Notes: generated from the sequence alone by a model not told the origin. A stretch of DNA of 32,000 bases from Nostoc sp. PCC 7120 = FACHB-418 (GCF_000009705.1 NC_003272.1:90001-122000), one strand, 5' to 3'; shown: positions 15,949-24,963, counted from the stretch's first letter. Numbers and translations: made by a program.

Positions 15949-18288
15949 ATGTTTAAATTAACCAGGATGAATCAATTTTGGCGTTTACCTGTAAGTCTTG
16001 ATTGGGGACAAAATCAGCAAGGTTCGCCTTTGATGGAAGTAGAAAATTCCATTTCGCTGCGGGTACTAGTGCTAGCGTTGGTAATTATTGGAATTGTGGC
16101 TATGGATATTGCCGCAGGGACTGCATTCAGTTTCTGGGCAATACCCATAAGTGTAGTTGGGACAATTTGGGGTTATTATCATCGCCGCAAACCTAATATT
16201 CCCATCAAATTTTGCATTGCTATTGGAATGTTAATGGCACTGGGGGCTTTCTTTGGGCGATTATTTGGCGAATTGAACGATACGCGGTTGGCTTTAGCAG
16301 AATTGCTAATTCAATTACAAGTCCTCCACAGTTTTGATGTACCTCGTCGCAAAGACTTGGGTTATTCAATTGTGATTGGGTTGATTTTGTTGGGTGTGGC
16401 CGCAACATTAAGCCAAACTCTGGCATTCGCACCTGTTTTATTGTTGTTTTTAGCGATCGCCATTCCCACTTTAGTTATCAATTACCGTTCCCAATTAGGG
16501 TTGGGGAATTCAAAAATCAAAAGTCAAAAGTCAAAAGAAACTAAATTATCCTCTGGGTTACCTACTTATTTTTTATTGTTTGGTGTAGTTGTTGGGTTAG
16601 GATTGGTAGTCTTTGCCTTATTACCACGATTCCCTGGCTATCAACTGCGGACTTTTCCTGTGAGTTCGCCTATCGAAGTCAACCAAAGTTTTACTGGCCG
16701 CAGCATTATTAATCCTGGTTATGTCCGTCAAGGTAATGCTGACAATCAAGGTAATGGTCGTGGTGAAAATGAACAAACTGGCAATGGTCAACCAGGAAAG
16801 GTAGATGATAGCTTCTACTACGGATTCAATAACCAGATCAACCAAAACCTGCGGGGAGAGATGAAACCCAAGGTAGTGATGCGAGTGCGATCGCAAGCTG
16901 AGGGATTTTGGCGAGTTTTGGCGTTTGACCGTTACACAGGTAAGGGTTGGGATATTTCCCGCAATGATGATGTGACAACCCTGAGGCGATCGCCTTGGTC
17001 TTATCAAATATATTTATCACCACCACCAATATCTGGCAAAACTAGGGAAGTAGTGCAGACTTACACTGTAGTGTCGGATTTGCCTAACCTGATTCCCGCT
17101 ATGTCTTATCCCAGGGAAGTTTACTTTCCCACACCGATGATTGCTGTTGATAAAGAAGGTGGGTTACGCGCACCTGTAGGTTTATCTGAAGATTTGACCT
17201 ATACAGTTATTTCCGACGTTCCTTACCGCGATCGCACTTTATTGGGGAAAGCTACTAACGATTATCCCCTGAATATCAAAAATTATTATCTACAAATACC
17301 CCCAGAAATTGCCTCCAAAGTTAAGCAACGCACCGAAGAAATCTTAGCTAACTACAACCAAAAACAGGTCGGACAATCTGAAAAAGCTTTAACTTCCAGC
17401 TACGAAAAAGCTCTTTATTTAGCGCAATATCTCAAACAAAACTATTCCATTCCCGAAAATCCTTTAGGATTGCCATATTTGAGTGAGCAGGAAGATTTAG
17501 TAGAAGCGTTTCTGTTCAAATATAAGGGTGGTTATCCAGATCACTTCTCCACAGTTCTGACGGTAATGCTACGGTCTATTGGTATCCCAGCACGATTAGT
17601 GGCTGGGTTCAGTGCGGGGGAATTCAATCCATTTACGGGAATGTATGTTGTACGTAACACTGATGCTTACGCAATGACAGAAGTGTATTTCCCTAAATAT
17701 GGTTGGTTTACTTTTGACCCAATTCCCAATCATCCCTTGATTCCGCCTTCAGTTGAAGATGTGCAAACCTTTAGCGTATTGCGGCAATTTTGGCAGTGGG
17801 TGGCTGGATGGTTGCCTACTCCGGTGACAGGTTTGTTTAATACCATATTTGGGACATTATTTAGTTGGATTGGTAGGGCGATCACTTGGTTTATTACTCT
17901 GTTTACTCAAGGTTGGTTTGGTGTATTAACTGGCTTGCTTGTGGGAACAACCACAGCTTTCCTTGGTTGGTTAGGTTGGACACAGTGGAGAGAATGGCGT
18001 AACCATCGCCGATTACGTCAACTACCACCAATGGAAAGCCTTTATCAACAAATGCTGCAATGGACAGCTAAAAAAGGTTTGGGTAAACATCCAGCCCAAA
18101 CACCCTTAGAGTATGCCCAAGTAGCCTATCACCATCATGGAAGTACTACGGCCCAAGTTATAGATGAGATTTGTCAAGCTTATGTTGGCTGGCGGTATGG
18201 TGGTCAAAAGCCTAACCTAAATCAACTACGACAAAGATGGGAAGAGATAAAAAAGGTGGGTGGCGATCGGGTAAATAGTAGCCTGTAG
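15949..18288 (+). CDS. Polytopic transglutaminase-like (TgpA/DUF3488-type) membrane protein, catalytic triad apparently degenerate
   Basis: 779 aa: N-terminal multi-TM region, a large soluble domain with a transglutaminase-core pattern (MLRSIGIPARLVAGF ... TEVYFPKYGWFTFDP) and a C-terminal TM plus tail. Start choice among M1, M7 and M29 is uncertain. Confidence 0.85.
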   Translation: MFKLTRMNQFWRLPVSLDWGQNQQGSPLMEVENSISLRVLVLALVIIGIVAMDIAAGTAFSFWAIPISVVGTIWGYYHRRKPNIPIKFCIAIGMLMALGAFFGRLFGELNDTRLALAELLIQLQVLHSFDVPRRKDLGYSIVIGLILLGVAATLSQTLAFAPVLLLFLAIAIPTLVINYRSQLGLGNSKIKSQKSKETKLSSGLPTYFLLFGVVVGLGLVVFALLPRFPGYQLRTFPVSSPIEVNQSFTGRSIINPGYVRQGNADNQGNGRGENEQTGNGQPGKVDDSFYYGFNNQINQNLRGEMKPKVVMRVRSQAEGFWRVLAFDRYTGKGWDISRNDDVTTLRRSPWSYQIYLSPPPISGKTREVVQTYTVVSDLPNLIPAMSYPREVYFPTPMIAVDKEGGLRAPVGLSEDLTYTVISDVPYRDRTLLGKATNDYPLNIKNYYLQIPPEIASKVKQRTEEILANYNQKQVGQSEKALTSSYEKALYLAQYLKQNYSIPENPLGLPYLSEQEDLVEAFLFKYKGGYPDHFSTVLTVMLRSIGIPARLVAGFSAGEFNPFTGMYVVRNTDAYAMTEVYFPKYGWFTFDPIPNHPLIPPSVEDVQTFSVLRQFWQWVAGWLPTPVTGLFNTIFGTLFSWIGRAITWFITLFTQGWFGVLTGLLVGTTTAFLGWLGWTQWREWRNHRRLRQLPPMESLYQQMLQWTAKKGLGKHPAQTPLEYAQVAYHHHGSTTAQVIDEICQAYVGWRYGGQKPNLNQLRQRWEEIKKVGGDRVNSSL

Positions 18289-18318
18289 AGATACAAAGCT
18301 TTTTCTAAATTCACCTGG

Positions 18319-18366
18319 GGCGAGTGAAGCAAAAAGTCATATTGCTTCGCTCGCCTCAATTTTTTC
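18319..18366 (+). terminator. Rho-independent terminator of the transglutaminase-like gene
   Basis: GGCGAGTGAAGCAA / TTGCTTCGCTCGCC forms a 14-bp stem with one G-U pair, then TCAATTTTTT. Confidence 0.7.
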
Positions 18367-18837
18367 ATTCTCAAGCCAGCCTAATTATTTTTACTATTGT
18401 TGATGATAATGTTCAGATTCTGTTTGTGCGACACTCCGCCCAACAACCTATTTTTAATGAAGATGATCAAGAATAATGGTCGTAGGTTTTGCAACAGACT
18501 GAATTTATTCTACTGAGGTATTACTTTGATAGATTAACTGATAAATAGTATTTATTTTTAGCTTTTAAAAGCGTTTAAGCTAACCATTTAAAAAAAACTG
18601 GGAACTTATTATAGATATCACTTAACATAGATATTTCTCTCAAGATTTTAATATCTTGGGGAAGAGGAAAGTATTCATCAATTATCTTTAGATAGTATTT
18701 GTACTGTCAACTTGGCACTAGCTCTTATTAGCTGGCTAATGCCTATATCTTTAGGAATATTTTAAGTAAATTTGACTAATAAATAGCTAAAAAAAGCTTG
18801 GGTTAGATAAAAACTCAACGTGGCTAAATGTAATGCG

Positions 18838-18866
18838 TTGTAACTCTTATTTTTTCGGGATAACAT
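18838..18866 (+). promoter_or_regulatory. Candidate sigma70-type promoter for remA
   Basis: TTGTAA (18838..18843), a 17-nt spacer, then TAACAT (18861..18866), about 50 nt upstream of the remA ATG. Pattern match only. Confidence 0.3.
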
Positions 18867-18918
18867 GAGAATACAATCCTCTTTAGTTTAGTACACCACA
18901 TAAGGTGTCAGTTTTTTT

Positions 18919-19185
18919 ATGGAAATACAATTAATTAATATCGGTTTTGGCAACATTGTATCTGCTAACCGAGTAGTTGCCATTGTTAGTCCGGAATCAG
19001 CACCTATCAAGCGGATCATCACCGATGCTAGGGACAAAAATCAGTTAATTGATGCGACTTATGGTCGCAGAACCAGAGCTGTAATTATCACTGATTCCAG
19101 CCACGTAATTTTGTCGGCGATTCAACCGGAAACGGTAGCAAATCGGTTCGTCATTTCCCGTGAGCATCAGAGTGTAGAAAATTAG
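18919..19185 (+). CDS. remA: RemA-family (DUF370) DNA-binding regulator
   Basis: 88 aa, near-colinear with Bacillus RemA as I remember it ([28 protein letters not shown]...[35 protein letters not shown]). It sits upstream of gmk, as in Firmicutes. Confidence 0.9.
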   Translation: MEIQLINIGFGNIVSANRVVAIVSPESAPIKRIITDARDKNQLIDATYGRRTRAVIITDSSHVILSAIQPETVANRFVISREHQSVEN

Positions 19186-19371
19186 TTGGGGGGAGGAGGA
19201 AAAACCCGCCCATATTTGCACCACATCAGCAGTACTATGTGAATTAGACAAGTTTTCTGTCACTCGTGCTACAAATTCGTTAGTTAAGGTTTGCGCTGGT
19301 AACGTAGACTAGATTAAATTACTAACTTATCTAATGAATGCTCTTTCTTGATTAATTCACAGGTTTAACGG

Positions 19372-19971
19372 ATGATGCAAGTTTTATCCATCCAGAATTG
19401 TGCTACTACCAAAGAAAATCCGTTGTCAGGCAAGCTGATTATTTTAACCGGGCCTAGTGGGGTCGGTAAAGGTACTTTAATGCGATCGCTCCTTCAGCGT
19501 CATCCGGAACTTTATTACTCTGTATCTGCAACAACCCGTCCTCCCCGTCCTGGGGAAGTAAATGGCGAAAGCTATTACTTTGTTAGCCGCAGTAAGTTTG
19601 AAGAATTAATTGCTCAAGGTGAATTTCTTGAATCGGCAGAATTTGCGGGTAATTATTATGGCACTCCTCGTGAAGCCGTACTGAACCAAGTTCAATCTGG
19701 TAAGTTAGTTGTGCTGGAAATTGAATTAGCAGGAGCAAGACAAATCCGTACCTCTTTCCCTGAAGCTCTGAGTATTTTTATTCTGCCGCCTTCCTTTGAA
19801 GAGTTGGAAAACCGAATTCGGGGGCGTGGACAGGACTCAGAGGAAGCGATCGCCCGTCGCTTACAACGTGCCAAAGAAGAGATTCAAGCTGCGGATGAAT
19901 TTGATATTCAAATTGTGAATGACGATTTTGAAGCCGCACTCCAGGCGATCGAAGTAGCCTTATTTGGATAA
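19372..19971 (+). CDS. gmk: Guanylate kinase
   Basis: 199 aa with the P-loop GPSGVGKGT and the guanylate kinase signature [18 protein letters not shown]. Confidence 0.93.
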   Translation: MMQVLSIQNCATTKENPLSGKLIILTGPSGVGKGTLMRSLLQRHPELYYSVSATTRPPRPGEVNGESYYFVSRSKFEELIAQGEFLESAEFAGNYYGTPREAVLNQVQSGKLVVLEIELAGARQIRTSFPEALSIFILPPSFEELENRIRGRGQDSEEAIARRLQRAKEEIQAADEFDIQIVNDDFEAALQAIEVALFG

Positions 19972-20154
19972 TCGATATTCTATAAAATCAAAGCCAAGCA
20001 TTTTTTTAACCAAATAATAATCACTAAGGACACATGGAAAAGACGAGGTTTTTCTTTTGTGTCCTTATCCTATTTCCATAATGAAATGGGTACATGAAAA
20101 ATTATTACTAGGTAATAAATCACTGACAATCAAAAAGTTTCAATACTAATATAA

Positions 20155-20183
20155 GGGGAACCGCTACAACGCAGTGGCTCCCC
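20155..20183 (-). terminator. Candidate psaL terminator hairpin
   Basis: GGGGAACCGCT / AGTGGCTCCCC is an imperfect stem 18 nt downstream of the psaL stop. The tail on the minus strand is modestly T-rich. Confidence 0.4.
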
Positions 20184-20200
20184 AATGAGCAAAAACTAAA

Positions 20201-20719
20201 TTAGCCTACTAGACCTTGAATTAAAGCAAGATTACTAGTCAAAAAGTAAGCGACTACTGCACCACCAATACCACCAATTAAGAAAGCACTGGCAAAGTTG
20301 TTCCAGCCTTCTTTAGATTGGAAAGCATCAGGAGGATTGGGTACAGTAACACTAGCAAGAGCTGTGGGTGGATTGCTATTAGCGTACAAAGATAGAGCGA
20401 GAGTGAAAAGCACCACCAAACCTATAGCACCTAACAACCCGGCTAAGTTAGCATTAGCTGCATCCCTCAGTGGACCTAATTTGGCAAAGGGGCCAAAAAG
20501 AAAGTAACCATGAGCCATACCTACTTCTAATCCACGTCTAAAAGGGGTAAGACCTGGGCGATAGGCGGGTAGGTTGTTAATAAACCACTTGACTAGGGGA
20601 GAAGCGTTAACCGGGGTTTCTAGGTTGCCCCATTGAGGATCGCGTCCTGCTGGAAAAACCACTTCCCGATTTCTGGGGTCACTGGGGAGATTTTTTGATG
20701 CGTCTACTGCTTGCGCCAT
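20201..20719 (-). CDS. psaL: Photosystem I reaction centre subunit XI
   Basis: 172 aa with the characteristic PsaL sequence (NLETPVNASPLVKWFINNLPAYRPGLTPFRRGLEVGMAHGYFL). Confidence 0.95.
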   Translation of the reverse strand: MAQAVDASKNLPSDPRNREVVFPAGRDPQWGNLETPVNASPLVKWFINNLPAYRPGLTPFRRGLEVGMAHGYFLFGPFAKLGPLRDAANANLAGLLGAIGLVVLFTLALSLYANSNPPTALASVTVPNPPDAFQSKEGWNNFASAFLIGGIGGAVVAYFLTSNLALIQGLVG

Positions 20720-20837
20720 ATTTTATGTTTGCCTCAAAAATACAATGGTGGCATTTTTATATTAATAATAATTGTAGCTAAAGACGTTTTTTATTCGATA
20801 AGTTTAGAAAAATTAATTTAGATTACTTAAAATTATA

Positions 20838-20870
20838 AAACTCGTAAGCTAATTATAGCTTTACGAGTTT
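20838..20870 (-). terminator. Candidate psaF-psaJ operon terminator
   Basis: AAACTCGTAAGCT / AGCTTTACGAGTTT forms a stem with one bulge, followed on the minus strand by TATAATTTT. It lies between psaJ and psaL. Confidence 0.55.
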
Positions 20871-20989
20871 CCAGAAATGATTTTTACTGCCTATTTGAGT
20901 GATAATTTGACTAAATTAATAAAGCAAATTAATCACACAAAATAGGCTAAAAACAACAGATTAAACTGTCTTAAAATCCCTGTATCAAC

Positions 20990-21139
20990 TTATGGTAAGG
21001 GATGGAAAAGTAGGTCTGGAAAAAAACGATTGAATTCAATCAAAATCCCAGCCGTGATTGTCAGCCAGATAGTAGCTGCAACTGGTGCTGTGGAAATGAA
21101 TTTAATCAGGTAGCTAGATTGGTCGGCTTTGTCTGCCAT
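20990..21139 (-). CDS. psaJ: Photosystem I reaction centre subunit IX
   Basis: 49-aa ORF below the ORF-track threshold, translated by hand: [49 protein letters not shown]. It contains the PsaJ signature STAPV...[16 protein letters not shown] and lies 37 nt downstream of psaF. Confidence 0.9.
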
Positions 21140-21176
21140 GATTTATTCTCCAAACAAGTTAATTGATTAGACGGAA

Positions 21177-21671
21177 TTAGCGGGGAGAAACAGTAATTTC
21201 AGAGTCCTTAGCAGTTAATTCTCCAGAAAGAAGTTCTTTAACTGCGGCTGCTGGCCAAGCAAAGCCGGTAGCGATAATGGGTAGTGCAATACCCAAATCG
21301 AGTTGGATCTCTTTTTGTTCAGTATCTGAGTCCTTTTTGATCGCTTGTAGGTAAGCACGACCTACCCAACCGATCCAACCGGCAATGTAGAGGAAGAGAA
21401 TGCTGGGAATTAGAAAATCACCAGCACGATCAAGACGACCATCAACAATCAGGTGAGGATAGCCTTCTGGACCACAAAGCGCTTGAGAATAACGCTCAAA
21501 ACGTTTTTGTCCTGATTGGGGGTCTGCTGTAGTATTGCGGGCATTTTTTGCCAGTGCTTGAAATGCGGGATTTTCTGCACAAGGTGTCAGATCAGCTCCC
21601 AAGGCTTTGGCTGGGGGAGCGAAACTGAATGACAGACAAATCACTAAAATCAAAGCAAACAATCGACGCAT
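21177..21671 (-). CDS. psaF: Photosystem I reaction centre subunit III
   Basis: I start at ATG 21671 ([10 protein letters not shown]..., a signal peptide) rather than the track's 21734. The mature part matches PsaF ([12 protein letters not shown]...[22 protein letters not shown]). Confidence 0.92.
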
Positions 21672-21833
21672 GGATTTGTTTCCTTTTATTACACAAGAAA
21701 AAGTTTTTTGTACAAAACGAAGCGGCTTGTACATTCTTGATTTGCTTAACTAGCAAGTCATCATACTCTTGCGCGGGAATCGAGTAAAGTTTAAGTAAAT
21801 AAAAGTTAAAGCTTCTCAAACAAATCTTTAGGT

Positions 21834-21867
21834 ACTGGGGACTGGGGACTGGGTATGGGGACTGGGG
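21834..21867. repeat. STRR-type heptamer array (ACTGGGG)n
   Basis: ACTGGGG ACTGGGG ACTGGGT ATGGGG ACTGGGG lies in the psaF-tsaD spacer. This matches the CCCCAGT STRR family of heterocystous cyanobacteria. Confidence 0.8.
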
Positions 21868-21897
21868 AAGTGGAGGGAAAAGAACATCCTTGACTTA

Positions 21898-21921
21898 CTC
21901 ATCTGCCTCATCTGCCTCATG
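21898..21921. repeat. Tandem 9-mer repeat (CTCATCTGC) x 2.6
   Basis: CTCATCTGC CTCATCTGC CTCATG. The last unit supplies the spurious upstream ATG of the tsaD ORF. Confidence 0.75.
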
Positions 21922-21954
21922 TCCCCACTCAGCACTCCTTACTTCTTCGTAGCA

Positions 21955-22995
21955 ATGACAACTGTTTTAGCAATCGAAACCAGCTGTGATGAAACTGCCG
22001 TGGCAATTGTAAACAATCGTCAAGTTTTGAGTAGTATCATAGCCTCGCAAATTTCCGTCCATCAGCAGTATGGTGGGGTAGTACCTGAAGTAGCCTCACG
22101 AGCGCACTTGGAAACGATAAATGGCGCGATCGCCCAAGCGATGGATCAAGCTCAACTAGGTTGGGATAAAATCGATGCGATCGCCGCCACTTGTGCGCCT
22201 GGACTTGTAGGCGCGCTGTTAGTGGGGCTGACTGCTGCCAAAACTTTAGCAATCTTACACAACAAACCATTTTTGGGAGTTCACCACCTCGAAGGTCACA
22301 TCTACGCGACTTATTTGAGTGAGCCAACTTTAGATCCCCCTTTTCTTAGCTTACTGGTTTCTGGGGGACATACAAGCTTAATTTACGTTAAGGAATGTGG
22401 TAGGTATGAAAGTCTGGGTGAAACGCGTGATGATGCGGCTGGGGAAGCTTTTGACAAGGTAGCTAGGCTGTTAAAGCTAGGTTATCCTGGTGGCCCAGTC
22501 ATTGATAAACTAGCGCAAACAGGGAATCCTCAAGCCTTTGCGTTGCCTGAAGGAAAAGTGTCCTTGCCTGGTGGGGGATATCATCCCTATGATGGCAGTT
22601 TTAGCGGCTTAAAGACGGCTGTACTTCGTCTAGTGCAGCAATTAGAGAAAGATGGCGATTCACTGCCTTTAGAGGACATTGCCGCTAGCTTTCAGGCGAC
22701 CGTAGCCAAGGCATTAACCAAGAGAGCGATCGCCTGTGCTTTAGATTATGGTCTAGATACCATTGCCGTTGGTGGCGGGGTAGCCGCTAACAGTGGCTTG
22801 AGACAACACTTACAAGCAGCCACCGCCGCAAATAACCTCCGTGTCCTCTTCCCTCCGCTAAAATTCTGTACCGATAACGCCGCCATGATAGCCTGTGCAG
22901 CCGTAGACCACTTATCACGCGGACATACTTCCCCCATCACCTTAGGCGTGGAATCAAGGCTAAGTCTTAGCCAAGTGATGAAGTTATATCAGTAG
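21955..22995 (+). CDS. tsaD: tRNA N6-adenosine threonylcarbamoyltransferase TsaD
   Basis: Kae1/TsaD family motifs are present ([32 protein letters not shown]). The ATG at 21955 gives the canonical N-terminus; the 21919 start lies inside a 9-mer repeat. Confidence 0.92.
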   Translation: MTTVLAIETSCDETAVAIVNNRQVLSSIIASQISVHQQYGGVVPEVASRAHLETINGAIAQAMDQAQLGWDKIDAIAATCAPGLVGALLVGLTAAKTLAILHNKPFLGVHHLEGHIYATYLSEPTLDPPFLSLLVSGGHTSLIYVKECGRYESLGETRDDAAGEAFDKVARLLKLGYPGGPVIDKLAQTGNPQAFALPEGKVSLPGGGYHPYDGSFSGLKTAVLRLVQQLEKDGDSLPLEDIAASFQATVAKALTKRAIACALDYGLDTIAVGGGVAANSGLRQHLQAATAANNLRVLFPPLKFCTDNAAMIACAAVDHLSRGHTSPITLGVESRLSLSQVMKLYQ

Positions 22996-23002
22996 TTGTC
23001 AG

Positions 23003-23022
23003 AGACGCGATTAATCGCGTCT
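23003..23022. terminator. Perfect 20-bp palindrome between convergent tsaD and the hydrolase gene
   Basis: AGACGCGATTAATCGCGTCT is a GC-rich hairpin. It may be a bidirectional terminator or a dispersed palindromic element. Confidence 0.5.
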
Positions 23023-23060
23023 GTACAGTAGTCAGTTGTTCATCTTTGGCTGTTGACCGA

Positions 23061-23081
23061 TTACCAATTACCAATTACCAA
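23061..23081. repeat. Heptamer array (TTACCAA) x 3 overlapping the hydrolase gene 3' end
   Basis: Three exact copies. Read on the minus strand they encode the last residues ...VIGNW and the TAA stop of ORF 23061..23975. Confidence 0.8.
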
Positions 23082-23975
23082 TGACTTAATATGACTAGCA
23101 ACTGCATCTGGCTGTTCTAACATTGCTAAATGTCCACAATCAGGAATTTCAATCACGTTATCACCACAGTATTGGAAAAGTGGATGAAAACTTGCTAAGT
23201 GGCGAACATACTTGGGTTCCATCACCTTATCATCAGTGCCAGCCAGAAAATAAACTGGCTGCTTTAACTGAGATACTAACTTTGGTAATCGGTTAACTTC
23301 ATCCTCTGTTGTGGAATCTAGCAAAGCACCTAAAGCTGCTTCAGGGTCAGCTACAACAAAATCTATTACACGCTGACGCGCCCACTGACGATCCAAGGGA
23401 CGAGATACACTAGCTCTGGTGAATAATAAGTCAATTAGAGGTACTTGGGACAACCAACGCGGACGGACTTGTAAAAAACGTTGCCCTGCTACACGGAACT
23501 GTTCAAACGCTTCTTTTAGGTAAATACCGCCACCTGCGTTAATACAAATGACACCCTTAATTTGTTGGGGAATTTGAGCCGCCGCCCATAGAGCGATGGT
23601 ACCTCCCAATGAATGACCAACAAGCCAAGCACTGGTAATATTTAGCTGTTCCAACAGGGCTGCCAAATCTTGACCATAAGCTGCTGGTGTATAGAGAGAA
23701 TCAAAAGATAAATTAATATCCTCAAGAGACTGAGCAGATAAACTGGCAGAACTTGATCCCCGATGAAAATCAGTTGCTAGCTGTGACTGAGACTCTCCGA
23801 AGCCCCGTAAATCATAAGACAGACACTGAAAATCAACTGACAAGCGAGAAATCACAGGTTGCCAGTATCCACGGCTATTAAGCCAACCGTGAATGAATAC
23901 TAAAGCATCTGGGCATGATGTAGGAGCTGTCAGCTCATAGGCGTGGGGAAAGCCTAAGATTTCAATAGTTGCCAT
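23061..23975 (-). CDS. Alpha/beta-fold hydrolase
   Basis: 304 aa with an oxyanion HG motif (FIHGW), the nucleophile elbow GHSLGG and a C-terminal CGHLAMLEQP His motif. Substrate unknown. Confidence 0.85.
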   Translation of the reverse strand: MATIEILGFPHAYELTAPTSCPDALVFIHGWLNSRGYWQPVISRLSVDFQCLSYDLRGFGESQSQLATDFHRGSSSASLSAQSLEDINLSFDSLYTPAAYGQDLAALLEQLNITSAWLVGHSLGGTIALWAAAQIPQQIKGVICINAGGGIYLKEAFEQFRVAGQRFLQVRPRWLSQVPLIDLLFTRASVSRPLDRQWARQRVIDFVVADPEAALGALLDSTTEDEVNRLPKLVSQLKQPVYFLAGTDDKVMEPKYVRHLASFHPLFQYCGDNVIEIPDCGHLAMLEQPDAVASHIKSLVIGNW

Positions 23976-24095
23976 ATTTATATCGTAACCCTAAGGGTGG
24001 GCGCGACTGAAATAAGCAATTAAAAATTCAAAATGAAAATAGAGTTTAGGGTTTAGGAGATCAGTACGCATAATTGTTTAATTTAAATTCTGTAG

Positions 24096-24123
24096 TCCCT
24101 AATCCCTAGTCCTTAGTACTTAC
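24096..24123. repeat. Degenerate heptamer array (TCCCTAA/TCCCTAG/TCCTTAG/TACTTAC)
   Basis: Four consecutive related heptamers abut the stop codon of ORF 24126..24845. Confidence 0.6.
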
Positions 24124-24125
24124 CA

Positions 24126-24845
24126 TCATTTCCCTAACAACCTTTGGCGTACCCCTTCAGCAATTTTGTGTCCTAAATATTCAGGAATAAGGCTTTCATT
24201 TGGTCCCAACAAATAGAGAATTAGCCGAGTGCGTCCGCGCCAAACTAGTAAATTCGCATTAACCACTAGTAGATCTTCCTGCCAAATGGCGTACATGACT
24301 TTGTAAAATAATCCCGGTTGATTGTCAGCTTCAATCACCAAAGCGGGGAGATGAAAAACCGGATCGACATAGAATTCAGTCTGTACTTGTTCTAAACCTA
24401 CATCTAGGTTGAATTCCACAGCCAACATCTCTTCTACCTCAAACCGCCCTCCCAAAGCCTCACGAATGGCGCGACAAACGTTTTCTGCGGTTTTCTCTGT
24501 TAAGGCTTTACTGCCACGCGATACCAAAAGTTTGATAAAAACTAACATCGGTGGTCTAATTTGTCCATATAGACTCAGACCATGAATAGTTAGTCCGTAA
24601 GCGGCTAGTACACCGAAAATATCACTGAGAAGAAATGACTGATTGCGGTAGGCAAAATGCAGCGCACTTTTACTACCTTCCGGCTTCAACTCAATTACGG
24701 CACGTCTGGTTTTATAGAGACGATAAGCTAGCCGCAAATTTTGCAGTTGAATCTCACTGCTGACAAATTGTTCATAGAACTGGGGAAACGCTCGATTAAA
24801 GCGTTTGAGAAGTTCCAGTGTCGAAGATTTTAAACCCGAAGCCAT
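24126..24845 (-). CDS. Conserved hypothetical protein with two ACT-like repeats
   Basis: 239 aa. Two segments resemble ACT-domain beta-alpha-beta starts (LLSDIFGVLAAYGLTIHGLSLYG and NQPGLFYKVMYAIWQEDLLVVNANL). The domain call is tentative. Confidence 0.7.
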   Translation of the reverse strand: MASGLKSSTLELLKRFNRAFPQFYEQFVSSEIQLQNLRLAYRLYKTRRAVIELKPEGSKSALHFAYRNQSFLLSDIFGVLAAYGLTIHGLSLYGQIRPPMLVFIKLLVSRGSKALTEKTAENVCRAIREALGGRFEVEEMLAVEFNLDVGLEQVQTEFYVDPVFHLPALVIEADNQPGLFYKVMYAIWQEDLLVVNANLLVWRGRTRLILYLLGPNESLIPEYLGHKIAEGVRQRLLGK

Positions 24846-24963
24846 CGTAGTGTAAGACTCGCTTGCTTTTATCGCCTGGGGACTGAGAACTGGAAATCAG
24901 TGCTGGGTAATGAGTACTGATTACGAGGTAAATAAAAACCTCAGTAGCCAGTACTCAACACTG

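Noticed and set aside
16002-17029. Small ORFs on both strands inside the transglutaminase-like gene (16002..16196, 16220..16432, 16621..17007, 16838..17029).
   Set aside because: They are shadow or alternative-frame ORFs within a long, continuous gene that contains recognisable motifs.
19045-19263. 72-aa minus-strand ORF overlapping the remA 3' end.
   Set aside because: It is antisense to the highly recognisable RemA coding sequence and has no supporting signals.
21672-21819. The N-terminal extension of psaF to 21734, and ORF 21592..21819.
   Set aside because: The extension precedes an obvious signal peptide that starts at Met 21671. The other ORF is an alternative frame running into AT-rich spacer.
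21919-21954. The upstream tsaD start at 21919.
   Set aside because: This ATG is generated by the 9-mer tandem repeat. The conserved TsaD N-terminus (M-x-x-[IV][10 protein letters not shown]) begins at 21955.
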